A stretch of DNA of 64,000 nt, taken from Sedimentisphaerales bacterium (GTDB lineage: Bacteria > Planctomycetota > Phycisphaerae > Sedimentisphaerales > SM23-30). Numbering within the stretch: position 1 is the stretch's first letter; each line of letters begins with the position of its first letter. Under the pieces are notes generated by a model. The model was not told the DNA's origin. It made no database searches and saw only the letters and a program-made list of their open reading frames with translations. The stretch is taken from assembly GCA_963666285.1 (NCBI GenBank), contig OY762711.1, one strand, 5' to 3'. The position numbers were made by a program, and so were the translations under genes. Positions 37,309-45,502 of this stretch are shown here, piece after piece.

Positions 37309-37436
37309 AAGAGGATTTTTAATGGAAAAATATAATAGTAAAAATATAGATGTGTTAGCTGATGAAGCTTAGATTATAGTTATTAAGGAAGGTGTATATA
37401 TTGACAAATAACAAACCTAATAAATATGGGGAAATC

Positions 37437-37739
37437 ATGGATAATATGAAATTTATTTCTGTTGTAGTTAGCCTAATCTTATCAGTAGGATTTTATATTT
37501 TTATGGCTGGAAAATTAACAGAATCAATTAACCAAAATACTAAGGCAATTCAAGCTAACACTGCTCAGATTACCAAGAATGCAGAAGACAATAGAAATAC
37601 AGATAAGAAACAGGAAGAAGATATAACAAAACTTAAAGAATATAAGGCTTCCTCAGAAGAAAAATTAGATAACATTTGTGAAGATGTTAAAGAAATAAAA
37701 ATAGATATCAAAGAATTATTGAAAAATAAAAATGAGTAA
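37437..37739 (+). CDS. Single-TM coiled-coil protein, holin-like by position (alternative start TTG 37401)
   Basis: N-terminal TM FISVVVSLILSVGFYIFMAG then coiled coil; overlaps the next gene. Confidence 0.55.
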   Translation: MDNMKFISVVVSLILSVGFYIFMAGKLTESINQNTKAIQANTAQITKNAEDNRNTDKKQEEDITKLKEYKASSEEKLDNICEDVKEIKIDIKELLKNKNE

Positions 37740-38541
37740 TGAAATAAAAACACTTCTTAGAAAAGGAATACTTAGGGACCCTGAAGACTCAAGAGATTAT
37801 CAACTATCTTCAATCTCTTCAGGTTCTTCTATACCGCCCTCAGTTGACCATAGCCCTTATATGTCTTCTGTTAAATACCAAGGGAACCTTGGGGCTTGTG
37901 TGGCTTTCTCTGTGGTTGCTCTGAAAGAGTGGCAGGAACAGAAAGAATATGAGGAAGAGAGGAAACAGGGTAGTTCTTATAAAAGGGATAAAACATATAA
38001 TCTTTCTGAGCAATGGTTATATTGGAATTGTAAGAAGATTGACCCTTGGGGAAATAGTGTAGAAGGAACTAATATCAGGTCTGCCATGAAAGTGTTGAAT
38101 AAAATAGGAGTTCCTCCTGAAAAGGCTTGGACTTATACTGACGATAAAATAAATATAGGGGAACCTAAATCATGGGCTAATCTTATTTCTAGGTGGTATA
38201 GAATTGGTTCTTATTGGAGAATCAATAATCTTGATGAGTTAAAACAGGCTTTAGTAGATGGACCTGTTGTAATAGGACTAAAGATTTTTGAGGATATTAT
38301 TGAGCCATTGAAAAATGGGAAGGTCCCTCTCCCTGAAAGAAATAGGAGTCTTGGGGGACATGCTTTATTGGCAGTTGGTTATAATGATGAAACAAGGGAG
38401 ATTAAGGTTAAGAATAGTTGGTCTAAGTTTTGGGGAGAAAGAGGATATGGTTATTTTTCCTATGAATATATAGATAGATATATGTTAGATGCTTGGGCTT
38501 GTAGAGATATAGAGGTAACAAGGGACATGTTAAAAAATTAA
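37732..38541 (+). CDS. Papain-like (C1A) cysteine peptidase
   Basis: QGNLGACVAFS (Gln, Cys), LSEQWLY, GGHALLAVGY (His), KNSWSKFWGERGY (Asn). Confidence 0.93.
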   Translation: MSNEIKTLLRKGILRDPEDSRDYQLSSISSGSSIPPSVDHSPYMSSVKYQGNLGACVAFSVVALKEWQEQKEYEEERKQGSSYKRDKTYNLSEQWLYWNCKKIDPWGNSVEGTNIRSAMKVLNKIGVPPEKAWTYTDDKINIGEPKSWANLISRWYRIGSYWRINNLDELKQALVDGPVVIGLKIFEDIIEPLKNGKVPLPERNRSLGGHALLAVGYNDETREIKVKNSWSKFWGERGYGYFSYEYIDRYMLDAWACRDIEVTRDMLKN

Positions 38542-38616
38542 ATGTTTACCAATTCATTTATTCTTCTTTGGGAGTGTAGCTTTTCTCCATTTGCTCACTC
38601 CCTCTTTTATGGACCA

Positions 38617-38641
38617 TAAAAAAGCCCTGAAAAACAGGGCT
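38617..38641 (-). terminator. Integrase terminator (copy 3 of 3)
   Basis: Reverse complement of the 7710 and 10384 hairpin, just after the integrase stop. Confidence 0.8.
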
Positions 38642-38649
38642 ATAAGGGA

Positions 38650-40041
38650 TTATTTTTTAAGAGTGAAATAATATTCATGTAAATCTCTAACAAGGTCCTT
38701 AGTATCTTCAGGCATTTGATAAATATAAGACTCATCCGCGCCGGGGATTTTTCTTCCCATAATAGCCTTATAAGCTAGTGTGTTAGAATGATATCCTAAT
38801 TGACTTGCTTTAGTAGCAGTCATTTTTCTAAGTTTATCCTGAGTCAACCATTCCATTTCAGCCTTAGTTCTAACCTTGTTGAAATGGTTCCTAAGGTCCT
38901 TGTCTGACCATATATTATTGTGTTTAGTTAAGAATATATATTCAGTGTCATTAGGGTATTTATCCATATATTCTTTAATTGCTTTTATGGTTATATCCCA
39001 TAATTTACAGGCTTGTAGATTCCCATTTTTATTCCTGAAAGATAGATATTCTTTATTGTCAAAGTCTATCATATCTTTAGTTATTTCTGCAAAATCTCCC
39101 CATCTTATACAGCAATTTAGACCTAATAATATAGAACATTTAACAAGTATATCCTCATTAGAACAGTCTAATAAGTTTTTAAGTTCAGAAGAAACTAAAA
39201 CTTTCTTAGATTTGTTAAACTTAGCCTTGTTTTCTTCTTCTTTTTTGACATAGGTTAATTGGTTCATATGTTCTAGTAATGTTATGCAATCTTGTTTAAT
39301 AACTCCTTTAGATTTATCTCTGAGCCTTCTTATAACTCTTTTGACTGGATCGAAATTATTCTTAACATACCTGTATTTATTTTTAATAGTGGCTTTTTTT
39401 GCTCGTTTATGTATTTTAAGGTTATAGGTGGTTATATCTTCAAAGGTGATTTCTCGAATGGAAGACCTGCCTACAATAGATTTAAATTCTTTCCAAGCAG
39501 GCTTAATATTCCTATTCAAATCTTTATCACTTGAGCCTGTATAGTGGCTCTTATATAGGTCCCATACTTCAGACATAGGAAGGCTTTTTTCAAGTGGTTT
39601 TACATCATGTAAATAAGCTAGCTCAGGGATATTTAGTCTTTTAGCAGAGTAGGGGAGGTTAGCCTTTATTACCTTTTCAGCAAGGCTCCAGAACTCATCA
39701 GTTATGTTAAGACTGTCTATAGACACTTGTCCCTGTTCTATCTGTCTTAGAGTTTTTACATAGTCTTCAGGGGAATATAGGGAGCCATCTTCAGGTATAT
39801 CTATTTCAAACTCATGGATTTTAGGAGCCTGAATAATAATATTATGCTCTCTTTTATAGATTTCAAACTTCTGAAGAGCCTTGTTAAAATCAGAGCCACA
39901 AGTTACTTGTTTCTTATTATCAAGGTAATAATAGGCTTTGACTCTTCCATCTTTCCACTTGTTTGTATATAAGCCTTCTACTATTTCACCAGTATGAGGA
40001 TTAGTAGCCCATGAAGCTTTTTTTCCTGATTTTTTAGCCAT
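38650..40041 (-). CDS. int: Tyrosine recombinase / phage integrase
   Basis: LLGLNCCIRWGDF (Arg), RNKNG (Lys), DKLRK, IMGR, SYI (Tyr); adjacent to attR. Confidence 0.88.
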   Translation of the reverse strand: MAKKSGKKASWATNPHTGEIVEGLYTNKWKDGRVKAYYYLDNKKQVTCGSDFNKALQKFEIYKREHNIIIQAPKIHEFEIDIPEDGSLYSPEDYVKTLRQIEQGQVSIDSLNITDEFWSLAEKVIKANLPYSAKRLNIPELAYLHDVKPLEKSLPMSEVWDLYKSHYTGSSDKDLNRNIKPAWKEFKSIVGRSSIREITFEDITTYNLKIHKRAKKATIKNKYRYVKNNFDPVKRVIRRLRDKSKGVIKQDCITLLEHMNQLTYVKKEEENKAKFNKSKKVLVSSELKNLLDCSNEDILVKCSILLGLNCCIRWGDFAEITKDMIDFDNKEYLSFRNKNGNLQACKLWDITIKAIKEYMDKYPNDTEYIFLTKHNNIWSDKDLRNHFNKVRTKAEMEWLTQDKLRKMTATKASQLGYHSNTLAYKAIMGRKIPGADESYIYQMPEDTKDLVRDLHEYYFTLKK

Positions 40042-40212
40042 AATATACCATCCTTTTATATGTATAATAGAAACCTACAGGCTATAAGCCTGACTATGTA
40101 AAAGAATACCATTTTTTAGGCTAAAAACAAAGGGTAATTCTGTAAAGAACTCTGTAAAATGAAATTAAGATGATATAAGTAATTAAAAATTAGTATCTTA
40201 CGGAGACAGGTT

Positions 40213-40241
40213 TTACAGGTTCGACTCCTGTCGGGCGTATT
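40213..40241 (+). repeat. attR core (tRNA-Arg 3' end duplicate)
   Basis: Identical to 727-755. Confidence 0.95.
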
Positions 40242-40770
40242 ACTTAATAACCCTGTTTTTGACTTAAATCATTGATTTGACTCAAATTCAGGGTTATTTC
40301 ATTTTACGGGAATATTGATTATTATAATAACTTATTAAACTGCAAAAGATTACAGATATTTAACTGTCTATGTAGTTTATTGGTAGATTCATTTTATTAT
40401 ATTATATTGCAGAGATTTCGAAGTTTTATTGTGTTTTTTCTATGCCTTAATAAGGCAAAACTTTATGATTTACTCAGTTTTTTGCCTTATTTCATTCCCA
40501 ATTTTAATCAAAAATTAACAAAAAATTTTCAAAATATTCAAAACTCAATTATTATCTTTTTATTAAAAATGATATAAGTCTATATAATGCAATAATATAT
40601 GTATTATTTGACGATAGTACAATTACTGTGTTGTTTATGGCAAATATCCTTGAATTGGGTATGTAAATTGTGTATATTAAATAGATAAGAGATTTATGTT
40701 AATTTTTCATTAGTATCATTTAAGTAGTAGATAGAAATCAGATTCACGCCCTTTTTAGTGTAGACCTATT

Positions 40771-41646
40771 ATGATCGTTATTAATAAATCAAATGTTTCT
40801 ATAGGTAACCACCAAATTCTTGGCGAAAATTCCCCCGGCATTGAGCTGCCAACCGGTCAGCAAATTCCAAAAGAAAATCTGCAAAATTCTGCTAATAATC
40901 AGAAAAAATCAAAAGATAAAATGCTAAAACGGAGATACGAGCTCAAATATCGTATTCCGGAAGCCAAAGCCAGGGCTATAGCTAAATATGTCGAAGATTA
41001 TATCCCGGTAGATAAATTTTCCAAAGATAAGGAAGATTATGAATATCCAATTTCCAGTTTATATTTGGATTCTCATACTTTAGATCTTTATAATGAGACA
41101 ATTGATAAAAAAGTAAATAGATTTAAGCTTCGTGTACGTTGTTATGATGACAATAGCGAATCACCTTGTTTCTTTGAGATTAAACGCCGTTTTAATAGCG
41201 TTATAGTAAAAGACAGGGCTAGAGCAGAGAAGAAAGACCTTGCTGATATTCTCCTGAATGGATGTTTTGTTCCATGCCAATTAGATAAAGACTGTGAAGA
41301 GACATTAAAGCAGTTTCAGTTTTATGCTCGTATGATTAATTCACGACCAATTGTTTTAGTGAGATATATTAGACAGGCATTTGAAGGCAGTTCTTCAAGT
41401 CGAGTTAGGATCACTTTTGACCGTAAACTAAGTTATAAAATGGTTAATTCTCCTGAACTGGTTGTAGGGGGAGGCGGTTGGCAAATGGTCCCAATGGATT
41501 TTGTTGTACTGGAAATTAAATTTTCTGATAATTATCCTTCATGGCTTAGTGATATGGTCAAAATTTTTGATCTGAAACAAACTTCAATGTCTAAATATTG
41601 CTCTACGGTTAAGCAGTCTTTTGCTTTAGGATGTAACAGTTTTTAA
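40771..41646 (+). CDS. VTC-domain (polyphosphate polymerase-like, CYTH/TTM fold) protein
   Basis: RRYELKY, ISSLYLDS, RFKLRVRCY, FFEIKRR, VRYIRQAF, RVRITFD, VLEIKF, SKYC. Confidence 0.9.
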   Translation: MIVINKSNVSIGNHQILGENSPGIELPTGQQIPKENLQNSANNQKKSKDKMLKRRYELKYRIPEAKARAIAKYVEDYIPVDKFSKDKEDYEYPISSLYLDSHTLDLYNETIDKKVNRFKLRVRCYDDNSESPCFFEIKRRFNSVIVKDRARAEKKDLADILLNGCFVPCQLDKDCEETLKQFQFYARMINSRPIVLVRYIRQAFEGSSSSRVRITFDRKLSYKMVNSPELVVGGGGWQMVPMDFVVLEIKFSDNYPSWLSDMVKIFDLKQTSMSKYCSTVKQSFALGCNSF

Positions 41647-41663
41647 GATAGGCAGGTGCAGCA

Positions 41664-42365
41664 TTGACTGAAAGAATATGGGAGGTCATCCAGAGAGCTT
41701 CTTCTGATGGAGCTGATTTTAGTGTTCAAGGTGTTTTATTATCCTTGTTGCTTGCATTCATTCTTGGACAATTATTAGCTTGGGTTTATTATTTTACTCA
41801 TAATGCCCTTTCTTATTCCAGAACATTTGTCCAGTCTCTGATATTGATCACAGTTGTAGTAGCTATGGTAATGTCTACAATAGCAGGCAGTTTTGTTGTT
41901 GCTGTTGGACTGATGGGTGCTCTTTCCATCATACGGTTTAGAAATATAATTAAGGATACCCGCGACATATGTTTTATATTTTGCGCTCTTGTTATTGGTA
42001 TGGCATGCGGTTCTCAAAGATATACAATTGCAATTATTGGGACGATATGTATTTGTGCTATTATTTTCTATTTATATCTATCTGATTTTGGTTCTCATCG
42101 TCCTCATAATGCTTTTTTGAGATTCAAGATGCCTGAACATATCAACCCCAAACATCCTGTAGTTGTAACTTTAAATAAGTTCTGCAGGTCTCATACTATG
42201 ATTTCTTCTCAGGATAGTAGCTTTGGAGAGGTGGGTGTTGAGTATGCTTATCAGATCTTAATCAAAAATGTTGCTAACAATGAGCAGATGATGAATGAAT
42301 TGCAATCTGTTGGCGGAGCACAAAACCTTAATTTAACTGTGCAGGAACAATTATTGCAAATTTAG
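41664..42365 (+). CDS. DUF4956 membrane protein
   Basis: YSRTFVQSL...GLMGALSIIRFRNIIKDTRD...GMACG; several TM helices. Confidence 0.9.
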   Translation: MTERIWEVIQRASSDGADFSVQGVLLSLLLAFILGQLLAWVYYFTHNALSYSRTFVQSLILITVVVAMVMSTIAGSFVVAVGLMGALSIIRFRNIIKDTRDICFIFCALVIGMACGSQRYTIAIIGTICICAIIFYLYLSDFGSHRPHNAFLRFKMPEHINPKHPVVVTLNKFCRSHTMISSQDSSFGEVGVEYAYQILIKNVANNEQMMNELQSVGGAQNLNLTVQEQLLQI

Positions 42366-42374
42366 GAGCCAAAA

Positions 42375-43529
42375 ATGTCTATAAAAATGGGAACGACTAA
42401 TTTGCTGACAAGGTCATTGCCGGTGCTTATGTGGTGTGCCGCTTTAGTAGCTGTTGGCTTTCTGTTTGTTGATCAGTCAGAAACCGTCAGGTTAAAAGGT
42501 ATTGCTTTCAGTGATGAACAGGTGATCAATAGTGTTGAGACTGGTTACATTAGTTCTTTACCTGTTCAGTTATATCAGAAAGTCAAAAAGGGTGAGACTC
42601 TTGCTATCATCAAAGAGAATACTTCTGCTAAAGATGAATATGTAAACCAGCTTCTTATAGCGTCAAAGGCTACAGCTGAAGCTGAATTGGCCAGGCTGCG
42701 ATCGGAACTTGAAGCTGCTGAAGAGAGAATGCTTCAGGAAATGGCAGGTATCGAAAATGAACATTTTGAGATTGAAAGAAATCTGGCTTTGGATGTTGAA
42801 ACCGCCAGGCTCAATATGTTGGAGGTAAAGTCTAATTTAGAGCCTGATAAACTTGCATTGAAAGACCTGGAAGTTGAAATAGAAATTGTTAAAAAACTTT
42901 TAGCTGAAGACGCCGCTGAAGAATATGAGTTGCAAAAGATTGAAGCTTCATATGCAATTATGAAAGAAAAGGTAAAGCAGCAGGAAAAATTGCTTGCCCA
43001 GACGCAAAACAGTTATGAATTTGCCCAGATCCGTAAAGATGTTTTTGACCAGAAACATCCTTTAAGACCGAGATTGTCAGAAAAGGAATTAGCACCTATA
43101 CGCAAGGCTATCATTGTTCAGGAAAAGAAAATTGAAGAATTAATGACGCAGCATGACGTCCTGGTGTTGAACGCTCCTTTTGACGGTATTGTGAGTAATC
43201 TAGCTTATAAGCCGGGACAGACGGTTGTTCGCGGTGAGCCAATTATGACCATTGTAAAGCCTACTCCAGATACTATCACTGTATGGGTGCCGCAAAGTGA
43301 AATGAATAAGTTTGATTTGCACACAAAAGTTGAAGTAGTATCGTTAGATATTCCTAAACAGATTTTTGTCTCTCAGGTTTCAAATATGAGCGAATCGCTC
43401 GAACAGATTCCACAAAGACTCTGGCATGACCCGGCTATTCCTCAATGGGGAAGAGCACTCCAGATTCCTATTCAGCCCAATTTTATTTGTTTAAGTAATG
43501 AAATTGTTGGCATAAGATTAGTCCGTTGA
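42375..43529 (+). CDS. HlyD-family periplasmic adaptor (membrane fusion protein)
   Basis: N-terminal TM; lipoyl halves GYISSLPVQLYQKVKKGETL and LNAPFDGIV...GQTVVRGEPI around a long coiled coil. Confidence 0.88.
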   Translation: MSIKMGTTNLLTRSLPVLMWCAALVAVGFLFVDQSETVRLKGIAFSDEQVINSVETGYISSLPVQLYQKVKKGETLAIIKENTSAKDEYVNQLLIASKATAEAELARLRSELEAAEERMLQEMAGIENEHFEIERNLALDVETARLNMLEVKSNLEPDKLALKDLEVEIEIVKKLLAEDAAEEYELQKIEASYAIMKEKVKQQEKLLAQTQNSYEFAQIRKDVFDQKHPLRPRLSEKELAPIRKAIIVQEKKIEELMTQHDVLVLNAPFDGIVSNLAYKPGQTVVRGEPIMTIVKPTPDTITVWVPQSEMNKFDLHTKVEVVSLDIPKQIFVSQVSNMSESLEQIPQRLWHDPAIPQWGRALQIPIQPNFICLSNEIVGIRLVR

Positions 43530-43552
43530 TTTAATTAGTTATTTTTTGCTTG

Positions 43553-45199
43553 ATGAAAATATTTTATAAAAAAATATTAGTAGCTCTGTTATGTCTAGTT
43601 GTGGCAGGGTGCAATAATGATTTAGCCGAATCTGTAAAAAAAACAGATGACCAGGTGTATGACATTATAGATAATGCCTGGGCTGATAATCTGGGACCGG
43701 CTTGTGATTATACCATTTCTGTAGATCCTAACCAGGTTGATGATCCTGATTTAACTATTGATTTCTCTAAAATCGGTATTTTGTCTTTGCCGAAGGCAGT
43801 TGCTTTAGCTTCAACATATAATCGACAGTATGCATCAGAGAAAGAGCTTCTTTATTTGACTGCCTTGGAACAGGTTGATGTTAATCATTTATACGAGCCT
43901 ATTCCGTTTGCCGGCCTGAACGGTGGGCAGGTAAAAGATGGTTCCGACGAAGCTGCCGGAGTTTCTGGTGATATAGGTTTCTCTCAGTTATTGTCAACAG
44001 GTGCCCGCATAGGTTCTAATATCAGTATTGGCTGGTTCGATATATTATCTGGCGATATGAAAAGCGGTCTGTCTACTATTGCTTCAGCCGTAATTACCCA
44101 GCCGCTGTTGAGAGGTGCCGGAAGAAAAGTTGCATTTGAGAATTTGACTCAGGCTCAACAAAATACGTTATACCAGATAAGGTCTTTTAATCGTTTTAGA
44201 AAAGAGTTTATTACTTCTGTAATCTCTGGTTATTATCAAGTTTTGATATATCAGGAAAGACGTCAAAATGCTCTTGAGCATCTTAATAATCTGCAGGATA
44301 CCTATAATAAGTTCCAGAAACGCGCAGTTGCAGGAAAAGTGTCCAGACATCAATTCGATCAGATAGAACAGGATATTTTACAAGCTGAATCTGAATATAT
44401 AACCAGGCAAAAAGAATACGAGAATGTGTTGGATACTTTCAAAACTTTAATGTCTGTATCTCCTGATACAGAATTAGAACTTGATGCTAATGAGCTGGCT
44501 GCTTTGAAAGATTCAATTTCTCAAAATGTTGATATGTTGTCAATAGACCAATCCATTGATATAGCCTTAAATCAACGACTGGATCTTGCTAATGCCGCTG
44601 ACAAGGTTATTGATGCTGAGCGTAAGGTTGATGTGGCCGCTGATGCTATTCGTGCAGAGCTCAACCTGGTCGGTTACGGTCAGACTCATGCCGGTAATAA
44701 AAACAGGGGAGCGTTTGGTGCAAGTGTTGGTCAGCTTTCTCGGGCTCAAAGCGAGTTTGAATTAAGCTTGCAATTAGACTTACCTCTTGACCGGGTTGCC
44801 GAAAAAAATGCCTATCGCAGAGCCATGATTACTCTTGTCCGGATGCATAGAGAACATCAGCAGGTAACTGATGATATAATTATGCAGATCAGAAATTCGT
44901 ACAGACGAATGAAAGAGGCGCGGTCAAAATATCAGGTTGAATTACAAAATCTTAGAGTAGCACGGAAACGCACTGATAATTCAGTTTTACTGCTGCAATA
45001 TGGAAGAGCATCAACTAGAGATATGTTAGATGCCCATGAAGATCTATTTGAGTCAAAAGATGCAGTCGCAGAGACCTTAGTCGAATGTATAACAGCAAGT
45101 CTTGATTATTATAGAGATACCGGTATGATGAAAATTCGTCCCGATGATACCTGGGAAAACGAGATTCCAGCTCAAAATACCGTGTCTAAGTCTGAATAA
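43553..45199 (+). CDS. TolC-family outer membrane efflux lipoprotein
   Basis: Lipobox VAGC; ITQPLLRGAG, ALNQRLDL, LDLPLDR, YGRASTRDMLDA. Confidence 0.88.
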   Translation: MKIFYKKILVALLCLVVAGCNNDLAESVKKTDDQVYDIIDNAWADNLGPACDYTISVDPNQVDDPDLTIDFSKIGILSLPKAVALASTYNRQYASEKELLYLTALEQVDVNHLYEPIPFAGLNGGQVKDGSDEAAGVSGDIGFSQLLSTGARIGSNISIGWFDILSGDMKSGLSTIASAVITQPLLRGAGRKVAFENLTQAQQNTLYQIRSFNRFRKEFITSVISGYYQVLIYQERRQNALEHLNNLQDTYNKFQKRAVAGKVSRHQFDQIEQDILQAESEYITRQKEYENVLDTFKTLMSVSPDTELELDANELAALKDSISQNVDMLSIDQSIDIALNQRLDLANAADKVIDAERKVDVAADAIRAELNLVGYGQTHAGNKNRGAFGASVGQLSRAQSEFELSLQLDLPLDRVAEKNAYRRAMITLVRMHREHQQVTDDIIMQIRNSYRRMKEARSKYQVELQNLRVARKRTDNSVLLLQYGRASTRDMLDAHEDLFESKDAVAETLVECITASLDYYRDTGMMKIRPDDTWENEIPAQNTVSKSE

Positions 45200-45502
45200 T
45201 TTGATTTTAGTCCGTTTATTCGCTTTTTTACCAATTATAATAAACTGGCTTCCTGATTAATACGATATAAATCAAATGTTTATATTCTATTTTTTTATAG
45301 ATATTTAAGTGAATATTTGTTTATATATTAAATATGTAATCAAGAGTCGTATTTTCTTTTTACGATTCATTTATTATATGATTTGTGTTTATTTATGAGG
45401 AGATTCACTAAGCAAAGGTTACGCTATTTTTTCATATTTTAAACAAATAATGTTCATATATGAACCAGGCTAGTGTGTTCTTAAAGAAGGAAAAGAGGTA
45501 AC

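Larger units (their letters stand above)
727..40241. mobile_element. Integrated siphovirus-type (HK97-like head) prophage, probably defective
   Basis: att repeats from a tRNA 3' end, tyrosine integrase next to attR, HNH-terS-terL-portal-protease-capsid-neck-tail-tape measure gene order, and a more AT-rich, CG/GATC-poor composition than the flanking host DNA. Confidence 0.95.

Noticed and set aside
10199..37372. Stop-codon reassignment in the phage (in-frame TAA at 10199, TAG at 37370)
   Set aside because: All long phage genes are intact under the standard bacterial code and use normal stops; the two cases fit local decay.
40380..40577. 65-aa ORF after attR
   Set aside because: AT-rich low-complexity intergenic sequence, TTG start, no RBS or recognisable features.
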